A stretch of DNA of 64,000 bases, from contig CBDBNP010000007.1 in assembly GCA_965207865.1 (NCBI GenBank), forward strand, positions 399,935 through 463,934, in the 5' to 3' direction. Under the pieces are notes generated by a model that worked only from the letters and a program-made list of their open reading frames with translations, had not been told where the DNA came from and searched no databases. Source of the stretch: Dehalococcoidia bacterium (lineage in GTDB: Bacteria > Chloroflexota > Dehalococcoidia > Lucifugimonadales > UBA3495). Position 1 is the stretch's first letter; every line of letters starts with the position of its first letter. Positions 17,298-26,304 of the stretch are shown here, piece by piece. A program made the position numbers and the translations under genes.

Positions 17298-17330
17298 TCA
17301 CCCCACTCCACCCCTCCCACGAGGAGGAGG
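17294..17330 (+). repeat. REP-like intergenic element, copy E
   Basis: aatttcaccccactccacccctcccacgaggaggagg, with hairpin CCTCC-CACGA-GGAGG. Its 3' arm doubles as the lutB RBS. Confidence 0.5.
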
Positions 17331-17343
17331 AAGGTAGCAGGTA

Positions 17344-18816
17344 ATGCCGGAAGTTAAGACCAGTCAATTCTCCAGGGCCTCGGCGTCGGCTATGCAGAAC
17401 CCGCAGTTGCGGCGTGCGCTGGACAGGGTGGGCTCGGGGTTTGACGTGGCGCGTCGGAACGCCATCGAGGAGGTCACGGAAGAGGCTTGGGAGGAGTGGC
17501 GCGACGAGGCCCGGCGCATCAAGATCCACACCCTGGACCACCTCGACTACTACCTGGAACTGCTGTACGACAACGTGACCGCCGCCGGCGGGCAGGTCCA
17601 CTTCGCCGCCGATGCAGCCGAGGCCAACGCCATCGTCTCGCACCTGGCCCAGGCTCGCGGCGTCAAGGTGGCGACCAAGAGCAAGAGCATGGTGTCGGAG
17701 GAGCTGGAGCTCAACCCGGTGCTGGAGTCCGTAGGGGTCGACGTCTACGAGACCGACCTGGGCGAATACATCATCCAGCTGGCCGAGGAGACCCCGTCCC
17801 ACCTGGTGGCTCCGGCACTGCACAAGTCCAAGGAAGACGTTGCCGAGCTGTTCGCCGACAAGCTAGGAGTACCCTACGACGAGGACATCGTGCGGATGGC
17901 AGGTACGGCCCGCGAGGTCTTGCGCGACAAATTCATGCAGGCCGACCTGGGCATCAGCGGCGCCAACTTCGTGGTTGCGGAGACCGGGACGCTGGTGATC
18001 GTTACTAACGAGGGTAACGGGCGTCTCTGCACCTCGGCGCCGCGCATCCACATCGGTATCACCGGGATGGAAAAGGTGATCCCGTCGATGCAGGACCTCG
18101 CCATATTCCTGCGACTGCTGCCTCGCTCGGCCACAGGGCAGCGCATCTCGAGCTACGTCAGCATGATCACCGGGCCGCGCCGGGAGGACGACGAGGACGG
18201 CCCCGAGGAATTCCATCTGGTGCTGGTGGACAACGGCCGGTCGCGAATGCTGCGGGACCCCAAGCTGCGGGAGGCGCTGTACTGCATCCGCTGCGGGGCC
18301 TGCCTGAACATCTGTCCGGTGTACCAGCGGGTGGGCGGCCACGCCTACGGGTGGGTCTATCCCGGCCCCATCGGCGCGGTGGTGTCGCCCATGCTGACAG
18401 GATTGAAAGAGTCGAAGATGTTGCCGCAGGCCTCCAGCCTGTGCGGGGCCTGCCGCGAGGCCTGCCCCGTCAAGATTAACATCCCCCGAATGCTGCTGGA
18501 ACTGCGGCACCGCACGGCGGAGAGCGAAGACCCCGAGGAACGGGCTCCCTCACGGTCGGAGCGGTTCTTTGTGCGAACGTACGCGCGGCTGATGAGCAGC
18601 CCCCAGCGCCTGTCATTCGCCACCCGGATGGGGAGGATTGCACAGAAACTCATCCCGGGCCGTGGAGGATGGATCAGGCGCGCCCCGCTGCCGCTGTTCT
18701 CCCGCTGGACACGCGCCCGCGATCTGCCCAAGCTTCCTTCGAAGTCCTTCAGGGATATCTGGCACGACGAGCTGGGCAACAGCGGCGATAGCGGTGAGGC
18801 AAGTGGCCGCAGGTAG
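17344..18816 (+). CDS. lutB: Lactate utilization protein B (4Fe-4S ferredoxin-type)
   Basis: CIRCGACLNICPVY and CGACREACPVKINIP cluster motifs with LutB/YkgF layout. Confidence 0.9.
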   Translation: MPEVKTSQFSRASASAMQNPQLRRALDRVGSGFDVARRNAIEEVTEEAWEEWRDEARRIKIHTLDHLDYYLELLYDNVTAAGGQVHFAADAAEANAIVSHLAQARGVKVATKSKSMVSEELELNPVLESVGVDVYETDLGEYIIQLAEETPSHLVAPALHKSKEDVAELFADKLGVPYDEDIVRMAGTAREVLRDKFMQADLGISGANFVVAETGTLVIVTNEGNGRLCTSAPRIHIGITGMEKVIPSMQDLAIFLRLLPRSATGQRISSYVSMITGPRREDDEDGPEEFHLVLVDNGRSRMLRDPKLREALYCIRCGACLNICPVYQRVGGHAYGWVYPGPIGAVVSPMLTGLKESKMLPQASSLCGACREACPVKINIPRMLLELRHRTAESEDPEERAPSRSERFFVRTYARLMSSPQRLSFATRMGRIAQKLIPGRGGWIRRAPLPLFSRWTRARDLPKLPSKSFRDIWHDELGNSGDSGEASGRR

Positions 18817-19561
18817 CCACGAAGGCATCCCCGGGCGCAGCAAAGCCGAGTTCCTGGGATCGGTTCGCGATGCGCTGGGACGCTCCGAGGGTCCGCCCGT
18901 CCAGCGATACCACCGACTGGAGGAGGACCTTCCCACACTGGAGGCCCGTGCCTCAGAAATGGAGACACGCCTGCGGTCCCTACGTCCACAGCTGCTTGAC
19001 CGCCTGGCCGACATGGCAGGGAAAGGCGGCTGGAACGTACACCGTGTTTCCGGCGCGGAGGCCGCCCTGGGTCAAATCGACTCGATTATCGGAGAGGTCG
19101 GCGCAACCAGGGTGGTGCGCTCCGGCCAGTCCGTGTTCGATGACGTGCCCGTGGATACTGCCCTGCAGTGGGGAGGCATCGAAATAGTGCCGGTGGTACG
19201 CGGAGCATCGGCCACCCGCGAACAGCTGCGGGAGACGATGCGGCATGCGGACATCGGCATGACCGGGACGGACTACGCTCTCGCGGAAACTGGATCGCTG
19301 GTCATACTACCGCGCCAGGGCCTGTCCCGCTTGGTGTCTCTGGTGCCGCCGGTGCACATCGCGCTGGTACGACCCGAGGAGGTGCTGGAGAGCCTGCACG
19401 ACCTGTTCCTGCTCCGCCGCCTCGAGTTCAAGCAGCGTGGCGGGGAAATGGGCAGCTACCTGAATTTCATCACCGGCCCCAGCCGGACCGCCGATATCGA
19501 AATGACGATCGTGCAGGGAGTGCACGGGCCACGGTCCGTTCACATGATCATTGTCGAATAG
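18794..19561 (+). CDS. lutC: Lactate utilization protein C
   Basis: LUD-domain features (...GMTGTDYALAETGSLVI..., FITGPSRTADIE). The start is GTG 18794 or 18803, overlapping the lutB end. The long ORF-track N-extension from 18638 is rejected. Confidence 0.8.
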   Translation: MRQVAAGSHEGIPGRSKAEFLGSVRDALGRSEGPPVQRYHRLEEDLPTLEARASEMETRLRSLRPQLLDRLADMAGKGGWNVHRVSGAEAALGQIDSIIGEVGATRVVRSGQSVFDDVPVDTALQWGGIEIVPVVRGASATREQLRETMRHADIGMTGTDYALAETGSLVILPRQGLSRLVSLVPPVHIALVRPEEVLESLHDLFLLRRLEFKQRGGEMGSYLNFITGPSRTADIEMTIVQGVHGPRSVHMIIVE

Positions 19562-19610
19562 CCGTCCGGTTCCTGGACATTCGGTCAACCGCGGAAAGAG
19601 GTCTTCCAAC

Positions 19611-19952
19611 ATGCCAATGAGAGTGGGCTTTGCCCAATTCCGCAAGCAGATGCTGGAGCGGGAACTGGAGAATATCCAGGAAGTCCTCCCCATGCTGGGG
19701 GTGGAAAAAGTCATCCTGACGGGTGAGGTGGCCGCGGGAGAATTCACCCCGGAGAGCCGGATCGAGTTGGTCGTGGTACACGACACGGACAGGCCGTTCG
19801 GCCGCAGGTCCGACTTCTTTTCCTATCACCTTGGGAGCTCGGTGGAAATCGACACACAGGTGTATACCCCGGAGGAGTTCGAGACCCTGAAGGACACACT
19901 GCCGGCGCTGCACAGAGCCGTTGCCGAGGGAAGGGAGATATTCAATGCCTGA
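19611..19952 (+). CDS. MNT-like minimal nucleotidyltransferase-fold protein with substituted catalytic motif
   Basis: [25 protein letters not shown] aligns by eye with the canonical LFGSxARGexxxxSDIDLxVV, but has GE for GS and RIE for DxD. ATG 19611 lies 9 nt after AGAGG. Confidence 0.6.
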   Translation: MPMRVGFAQFRKQMLERELENIQEVLPMLGVEKVILTGEVAAGEFTPESRIELVVVHDTDRPFGRRSDFFSYHLGSSVEIDTQVYTPEEFETLKDTLPALHRAVAEGREIFNA

Positions 19953-20346
19953 TTACCTGTCCGAGGGAGCGCGCTGGCTGCGGCAAGCCGAAAGGGACCT
20001 GGAGGACGCCCGTTTCCTGCGGGACAATGGCCGGCACAACCTCGCCTGTTTCCAGGGGCAGCAGGCGGCCGAGAAAGCGGTCAAGGCCTATCTGTACCAC
20101 AGGCGGGTGGAGGATGTCTGGGGACACTCGCTGCTGGACCTGTGCGAGGACGCCAAGCTTTTCGACATGATGTTCGATACCGTGAAGAGCGAGGCCCGGC
20201 AACTGGACAAGTACCACTACATCACACGCTACCCCGAGTTTCTCCCCAGCGGCGCCAGTTTCGAGGCATTTGACGAAATTGACGCAGACCGCTCCATTGA
20301 CCTCTCGAACCTGGTGGTGGAGTTCGTCAAAGAGAGGATAGTGTAG
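19945..20346 (+). CDS. HEPN domain protein
   Basis: [15 protein letters not shown]...[17 protein letters not shown]...GHSLLDL...[11 protein letters not shown] is the classic HEPN (PF05168-type) pattern. ATG 19945 overlaps the MNT-like stop by 8 nt. Confidence 0.8.
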   Translation: MPDYLSEGARWLRQAERDLEDARFLRDNGRHNLACFQGQQAAEKAVKAYLYHRRVEDVWGHSLLDLCEDAKLFDMMFDTVKSEARQLDKYHYITRYPEFLPSGASFEAFDEIDADRSIDLSNLVVEFVKERIV

Positions 20347-20350
20347 GTCG

Positions 20351-21508
20351 CTACGCCGCGCCCCCGGCACCCATGGCCCTGCCAGTCAGCAGCAGGCGCA
20401 TGGTGCGCTCCGCGGCGGATTCCAGCAACTCGGCAGTTCGAGAGAGCGATACATCGAAGCTCATGGGCCGGTCGGAAATGCACACCAGGGCCGCCAGGTT
20501 ATGGTCGTACAACTCCTCGTATCCTGGCCCCAGACCGCCCGCCAGCAGCACCGTGGGGACTCCATGAGCCTGGGCGTATCGCGCCACCCCCACCGGCGCC
20601 TTGTTGAAGATCGTCGAGTGGTCGGCGCGCCCCTCACCCGTTATGACCAAGTCTGCGCCCTCCAGCAGCGCATTGAACTCCAGCACGTCGCACACCATGT
20701 CTATGCCCGACTGCAAGGTCGCCCCGGTGAATGCCATGAGGCCGGCCCCCAACCCTCCGGCAGCCCCCGCGCCCGAATGCTCAGAGACGTCGCGTCCCAT
20801 GTCCCGAGCTATGACTCTGGCATAGTTCAATAGGGCAGCGTCCAACTCCTGGACCATCTCCGGGGTCGCGCCCTTCTGTGGGCCAAAGATGGCCGAAGCC
20901 CCCTCGTGGCCACACAGCGGGTTAGTGACATCGGTGGCGGCGATTATGGTTGCGCCGCCCAGGCCCGGATGCAGTCCATCCGCCTCCACACGGTCAAGCC
21001 TCGCCAGGGCACTGCCTCCTGCCGGGAGAGAGTTCCCGGCTGAATCCAGGAACCTTGCCCCCAGCGCAGAGGCCATCCCGGCGCCTCCGTCGTTGGTGGC
21101 GCTGCCGCCAAGACCCACGATGATGCGGCCATATCCGCGATCAAGGGCCTCTCGAAGAATCTCACCGGTGCCTGCCGTCGTCGTTACGCGGGGGTTGCGC
21201 CGCCTCTGGGGCACCAGGGCAATGCCGGAGGCCAGCGCCATCTCGATGACCGCCGTTCGCCCGTCGCCCATGACTCCCCACTGGGCTTCCACCGGCTGGC
21301 CCAGCGGGCCGGTGACCGTGTTGGTGAAGACCTGTCCTCCGGTGCCATCCACCAGGGCGTTCAACGTGCCGTCACCTCCGTCGGCCACCGGGGCCAGCAC
21401 CATTTCCGCGTCAGGCGCAGCTGCCTGCACGCCGCGGGCGATGGCGCGGGCTGCCTCCAGTCCGGTTAAGGTGGCCTTGAATCCCTGGGGCGCGATTACG
21501 ATCTTCAT
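20351..21508 (-). CDS. Glycerate kinase
   Basis: MKIVIAPQGFKATLTG...APVADGGDGTL...GGSATNDGGAGMA...VITGEGR are typical of the GlxK/GarK family. Confidence 0.9.
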   Translation of the reverse strand: MKIVIAPQGFKATLTGLEAARAIARGVQAAAPDAEMVLAPVADGGDGTLNALVDGTGGQVFTNTVTGPLGQPVEAQWGVMGDGRTAVIEMALASGIALVPQRRRNPRVTTTAGTGEILREALDRGYGRIIVGLGGSATNDGGAGMASALGARFLDSAGNSLPAGGSALARLDRVEADGLHPGLGGATIIAATDVTNPLCGHEGASAIFGPQKGATPEMVQELDAALLNYARVIARDMGRDVSEHSGAGAAGGLGAGLMAFTGATLQSGIDMVCDVLEFNALLEGADLVITGEGRADHSTIFNKAPVGVARYAQAHGVPTVLLAGGLGPGYEELYDHNLAALVCISDRPMSFDVSLSRTAELLESAAERTMRLLLTGRAMGAGGAA

Positions 21509-21788
21509 CGGATACTCTCGGAACGGAGCGGGTGGTTTGTGTGTTCAGTCGTGCTGACTGACCAGTCCCGCCCAGGAGGAACGTTGCCGGTCCTGGTGGG
21601 AATTCGTTGCGCGATTATACATCCCCGGAAGGCAGTCCATATTATGATATAGTGCTACTGGAAAGGTTGCCCAATGATTAGCTATCCAAGGCATTGGTCG
21701 GGTCCAGCCGTTTCCGAGATTCATGATTGAACCACAGGACCGTCGTTCCGAAACTCGACGGGGCCAAATTGATCCCGGAGTCCAGTTT

Positions 21789-23141
21789 ATGTCATCTGGC
21801 GGAGCCCATACCCCTTCCCGAGATGAGCTGAAGCGGCGCGCGGCAGAGGCCATCGACTCCCGCTCCGACGAGCTGGTGTCCTTGGCAAAGGACATCCTGG
21901 CCAACCCTGAGCCCGGATTCCGCGAGACCAGGACCGCTCGGGCGGTGGCCGGAAAGTTCGCCGATTTGGGGATGCCCGCCCGGGTTGGGCTGGCCCTCAC
22001 AGGGGTGCGTGCAGATCTCGTCGGAGGCAGCCCCGGTCCGGCTCTCGCCATACTGGGCGAGCTGGACTCGCTGATAGTCAACGAGCACCCGCACGCCAAC
22101 GGCGATACCGGTGCGGCCCACGCCTGCGGCCACCATTGCCAGATCGGAATGATGATGGGTGCCGCCATTGGCCTGATGCAGCCTGACGTGCTGCCATCCC
22201 TCAGCGGCCGCCTTGCCTTCATGGCTGTTCCCGCCGAGGAATACATCGAGATCGAATACCGCGACTCGCTGCGCCGTCTGGGCAAGCTGGAGTTCCTCGG
22301 CGGCAAACCGGAAATGGTCAAGCTCGGCGAGTTCGACGATATCGACCTGGCCATGATGTGCCATACCACTTCCAACCCCGATGAGAAAATGCTCTGCGTC
22401 AGCGGCGAAAACAACGGCACCATCGCCAAGAAGATCCAGTTCGTTGGGAAGGGTTCGCACGCGGGCGGGGCTCCCCACCTCGGCATCAACGCACTCAATG
22501 CGGCAACCCTCGCCCTTTCCGCCATCAACTACAACCGGGAGACCTTCCGGGACGACGACAGCATCCGGGTCCACCCCATCATCACCAAGGGCGGCGAGGC
22601 GGTCAGCGCCGTGCCAGCCGATGTTCGCATGGAGACGTTCGTCCGGGGACGCACGCTGGATGCCATCATGGATGCCAATACCAAGGTCGACCGGGCGCTG
22701 AAGGCCGGCGCGATGGCAGTGGGTGGAGACGTGGTGATCCAGACCATCCCGGGATACCTGCCGCTGCGCCAGAATTCGTCCATGAACGAGGTCTTCCGGG
22801 CCAACGCCCACCATCTGGTCGGCGAGGAGAACACCGGACAGATTCACCGTCGGAACGGCTCGACGGACATGGGTGACATCAGTCACCTGATGCCGGCGAT
22901 TCATCCCTACGTTGGTGGGGCCACGGGCATCGGGCACGGCGCGGACTACGTGGTACAGGACTATTCGCTGGCGGTCATCACTGCCGCCAAGGCCCTGGCA
23001 AACACCGCCATCGACCTGCTGGCCGATGGAGCCCAGACCGGGGGGAGCATCGTTTCCAACCACCGGGCTGATATGACCCGGGCCGAATATTTGAGGTACA
23101 TGCGGAGTCTGGCCAAGGAAGAAACCTTCAAGGGCGCTTAA
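21789..23141 (+). CDS. M20-family amidohydrolase/peptidase (paralog 1)
   Basis: ...ILGELDSL...AHACGHHCQIGMMMGA..., STDMGD and dimerisation-domain layout. ATG 21789 lies 8 nt after GGAG. Confidence 0.85.
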   Translation: MSSGGAHTPSRDELKRRAAEAIDSRSDELVSLAKDILANPEPGFRETRTARAVAGKFADLGMPARVGLALTGVRADLVGGSPGPALAILGELDSLIVNEHPHANGDTGAAHACGHHCQIGMMMGAAIGLMQPDVLPSLSGRLAFMAVPAEEYIEIEYRDSLRRLGKLEFLGGKPEMVKLGEFDDIDLAMMCHTTSNPDEKMLCVSGENNGTIAKKIQFVGKGSHAGGAPHLGINALNAATLALSAINYNRETFRDDDSIRVHPIITKGGEAVSAVPADVRMETFVRGRTLDAIMDANTKVDRALKAGAMAVGGDVVIQTIPGYLPLRQNSSMNEVFRANAHHLVGEENTGQIHRRNGSTDMGDISHLMPAIHPYVGGATGIGHGADYVVQDYSLAVITAAKALANTAIDLLADGAQTGGSIVSNHRADMTRAEYLRYMRSLAKEETFKGA

Positions 23142-23143
23142 TT

Positions 23144-24493
23144 ATGTTGACTTTGGACGAGCTGAAGCGGCTTGCCTGTGAGACCATCGACAAGCGCAAG
23201 AAAGAGATCATAGAGGTCGCTCAGCAGGCTCTTTCCCATCCCGAGGCAGGCTTCCGGGAGCAGCGTACCTCAGGGCTTGTTGCCAAGAAATTCAACGAGC
23301 TGAACATCCCTCACCAGAACGGCCTGGCCCTCACCGGCCTCAAGGGGCGGATACCGGGTGGCGCCGGCTCGGGGCCCAGGATTGCGCTCATCGGCGAACT
23401 GGACTCGCTGGTGGTAACCGAACACCCCCACGCTGACCCGGAGACCGGAGCCGCCCACGCCTGCGGTCACCACTGCCAGCTGGGGATGATGCTGGGAGCG
23501 ACCATGGGTTTGCAGACCCCCGGGGTCCTGGCGCAACTCTCGGGAGAGATCGTGCCATTCGCCGTCCCTGCCGAGGAATTCATCGAAGTTGAGCAAAGGC
23601 TGGAGCTGAGGGCGCAGAAGAAGCTGGAGTTCCTGGGCGGGAAGCAGGAACTGATCCGCCTGGGCCATTTCGACGACGTGGACATCGCCATGATGTGCCA
23701 CACCGCCAGCGACATGGGCGAACGCAAGTTCGCCATCGGCGGCACCAGCAACGGCCATGTGGTCAAGTACGTCAGATACCTCGGCCGCGGCGCTCACGCC
23801 GGCAGCATGCCCCACATGGGCATCAATGCGCTCAGCGCAGCGTCCTTCGCCCTGCAGGCCATCAACGCTACCAGGGAAACCCACCGGGCAGAGGACACAG
23901 TGCGGATACACGGCATCATGACCAAGGGCGGAGAGGCCGTAAACGCCGTCCCAGCCGAGGTCAAGCTGGAATGGCGGGTGCGGTCGTCAACGCCCCAGGT
24001 CGTGGTCAAGAACTCGCAGGTTGTGGACCGCTGCTTCAAGTCTGGGGCCCTGGCGGTTGGCGCGCAGGTGGAAATCACCACCATTCCCGGCTACATGCCC
24101 ATGCGCAACGACTCACGCCTGCAGGACGTGTTCCGCCGCAATGCCGGATCAGTGGTGGGAGAAAACGGGACGCTGGTGATGCCGGCCGGACGCAACCGCG
24201 GCGGGTCGACCGACATGGGAGACCTGTCCCAACTGATACCCGCCATCCATCCTTACACTGGCGGGGCAGTGGGACCGGGCCACAGCAAGTCCTACATCGT
24301 CACGGACTACGAGGTAGCCGTCGTCAACCCGGCAAAGATCATGGCAATGTCGGTGATTGACCTGCTCTACGACGGAGCCAAGCAGGCCAAAGAGGTCAAG
24401 TCGGCCCACAAGGCGGCCATGTCCCGAAGCGCCTACCTGCGCTTCCAGCGGGAGCAGGCCAAATCGGTGCGGTTCGACGGAGCTGCGGCGTAG
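23144..24493 (+). CDS. M20-family amidohydrolase/peptidase (paralog 2)
   Basis: Same motifs (LIGELDSL, AHACGHHCQLGMMLGA, STDMGD). It starts 2 nt after paralog 1. Confidence 0.85.
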   Translation: MLTLDELKRLACETIDKRKKEIIEVAQQALSHPEAGFREQRTSGLVAKKFNELNIPHQNGLALTGLKGRIPGGAGSGPRIALIGELDSLVVTEHPHADPETGAAHACGHHCQLGMMLGATMGLQTPGVLAQLSGEIVPFAVPAEEFIEVEQRLELRAQKKLEFLGGKQELIRLGHFDDVDIAMMCHTASDMGERKFAIGGTSNGHVVKYVRYLGRGAHAGSMPHMGINALSAASFALQAINATRETHRAEDTVRIHGIMTKGGEAVNAVPAEVKLEWRVRSSTPQVVVKNSQVVDRCFKSGALAVGAQVEITTIPGYMPMRNDSRLQDVFRRNAGSVVGENGTLVMPAGRNRGGSTDMGDLSQLIPAIHPYTGGAVGPGHSKSYIVTDYEVAVVNPAKIMAMSVIDLLYDGAKQAKEVKSAHKAAMSRSAYLRFQREQAKSVRFDGAAA

Positions 24494-24556
24494 CGGCATC
24501 CGCTGGCCAATGCAGCCATTCCCGGAGGGGACTGCTGCCCACAAGCCGTAAACGAC

Positions 24557-24594
24557 ACAGGGGAGCGCTGACAAAGGCTCTCCTGTTTTTTCTT
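24557..24594 (+). terminator. Rho-independent terminator after the M20 pair
   Basis: ACAGGGGAGC-N10-GCTCTCCTGT (one G-U pair) followed by TTTTTTCTT. Confidence 0.7.
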
Positions 24595-24627
24595 GCCAGA
24601 ATCGTCCCGGTATATGTCCGCCCTATT

Positions 24628-25263
24628 TCACACTCCCATTGCCCACATCGCGGCTCCGGCTATCAGAGGAATGGTCAGATTGTCGTCCGGTGGGATTCCC
24701 GCCAGCTCTACAACGGCCGCGATTCCGGCGCCCGCCCACAGGCCCCAGTGATGGCCCACAGCCCCGGAGAGCACCAGCACGGCGGCCACGGCAGAACCGG
24801 TGATGGCAAAAGCCACTGTGCCGCCGGGAGACTTGCCCGCAAACCGCAGCCCCGGCATGCGCCTGCCCACTATGGCTGCCACGGGGTCTCCCAGGGACAG
24901 GTAGAACATCACCGGCACCGCCACCTCTTTGCCGAACAGCCAGAATACGAGGCACGAGGCCACCAGCATGTGGGTCGCTCCCGTCATCCGGGAGACTTCT
25001 TCGCCCTTGAGCAGGGGCGCCATCCATCGCATGTAAACGCGGTTCAATGGCCCGACTCCGAACCGGGAGAGGTCCAGTACCACCGCTCCGACAGCCAGGA
25101 CAGCGAGAGCCGTCAGAAACTCCCGATCGGGTGCAAAAATGCCGGCAAGCGGGATGGAAGACCCCGCTATGAGGTGAAACAGGCGTCGCCACACCTGCGG
25201 AGGCGCCTGCGGCCCCCTCTGACGGCGCCCGGCGAAGATCACTAGCTCAGCGAGTCTCTGCAT
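24628..25263 (-). CDS. Integral membrane polyprenol/dolichol/phytol kinase-like protein (CTP-transferase-1 superfamily)
   Basis: Multi-TM protein with SLGDPVAAIVGRR...GKSPGGTVAF, resembling the diacylglycerol/polyprenol kinase family motif. Confidence 0.55.
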   Translation of the reverse strand: MQRLAELVIFAGRRQRGPQAPPQVWRRLFHLIAGSSIPLAGIFAPDREFLTALAVLAVGAVVLDLSRFGVGPLNRVYMRWMAPLLKGEEVSRMTGATHMLVASCLVFWLFGKEVAVPVMFYLSLGDPVAAIVGRRMPGLRFAGKSPGGTVAFAITGSAVAAVLVLSGAVGHHWGLWAGAGIAAVVELAGIPPDDNLTIPLIAGAAMWAMGV

Positions 25264-25385
25264 GGGCCGCTCTTGTACATCGCCGGTTAACGTATCGCCT
25301 GCGTAGGGCTTGGGCAGATGTTCCGTCTCGTGGCAACGTCAGTGGCCCCGACGGGGGAGGGAGTGCGGACCGGTTGGACCGGGCC

Positions 25386-26261
25386 TCAGAATGTGAAGGT
25401 GATCGAATCCCCGGCCCTCCACCGGATGTCACGAAACTCGGTGCCTATAGGGGCTTCAAAAATCAGGAATCCATCCAGCCCATGGCCCCTCAGCAACTCA
25501 AAGGATCCCTGCAAAAACTTGGTTGTACGTTCGATGTAATCGAACGAAACCTCCGGGTCGGCCACGCGCAGTTCTGCGGGAAAATCGATGGACTCGGAGT
25601 CGCTACAGACATAGGGGTAGGTGCCCGCCCTGTTCACGGTGCTGCTCAGAGAAGCCCCCGGTGCGATTTCCGCTCGCCCCTGGGGGTCTTCAACGACGGA
25701 TGCATCCTCAAAGTCGATGTACTGGGCGTTTTCGGCCTCATTCTGCCACCTCACAGCCGCGCCCACATCCAGCAAACTTCTGGAATGGTCAAAGCACTCG
25801 CCCGAGTCCATTCTCACCAGGGCCTCGGGTTCACCGCGAAAGTCCCGCCAGGCGGAGTCGATGACGGCAATGGGACGGTACACGCCGTTTGAAAGATCAC
25901 GAAGCTCGGCCCCTGTGCGGTCCACATGGATGATGGCGCTGACAGCGGTATGGTTTTCCACCCTGGCCCGAACCAACACCAGCTCCATGCCTTCCGTGGA
26001 CGGCGTGATGGCCCAGTCGCGCTCCTGTCCGGAGGGATCGCATATTGGGGGATCCGAGCCGACGAGCACATCGCAGGTGGAGTATCGGAGCTCCGGAGTC
26101 CGTTCCACGCTGACAACGCTGAAGTGCAGTGTCCGGCCTTGCTTGTATTGCCCCAGGTTGGACGATTCCGATGCGCAAGCGAGAAGCGCAGCAAGCGATG
26201 CGACAACCGCAAGAAAGAGAAAGGGAATGGGGAGTCCGGTTTTGAGAGCTGGAATGGCCAC
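25386..26261 (-). CDS. Hypothetical secreted lipoprotein
   Basis: Signal peptide with lipobox (...SLAALLAC). No confident family. The C-terminal AGTYPYVC string is cupredoxin-like, but no ligands are evident. Confidence 0.5.
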   Translation of the reverse strand: MAIPALKTGLPIPFLFLAVVASLAALLACASESSNLGQYKQGRTLHFSVVSVERTPELRYSTCDVLVGSDPPICDPSGQERDWAITPSTEGMELVLVRARVENHTAVSAIIHVDRTGAELRDLSNGVYRPIAVIDSAWRDFRGEPEALVRMDSGECFDHSRSLLDVGAAVRWQNEAENAQYIDFEDASVVEDPQGRAEIAPGASLSSTVNRAGTYPYVCSDSESIDFPAELRVADPEVSFDYIERTTKFLQGSFELLRGHGLDGFLIFEAPIGTEFRDIRWRAGDSITFTF

Positions 26262-26304
26262 GTCTATCCGCGTCTGAACAATTGCAAGTACGAAATGTGA
26301 GACA

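Noticed and set aside
18638-18793. N-terminal extension of lutC given by the ORF track (start at 18638, inside lutB).
   Set aside because: It would overlap lutB by about 180 nt, and the extension is Arg/Ser/Pro/Cys-rich. LutC-like sequence begins only near GTG 18794/18803. The same logic was used to trim 1691 to 1553, 2893 to 2830, 5863 to 5953, 21723 to 21789, 31640 to 31697, 34708 to 34798, 39847 to 39964, 56917 to 56794, 58205 to 58553 and 59949 to 60225.
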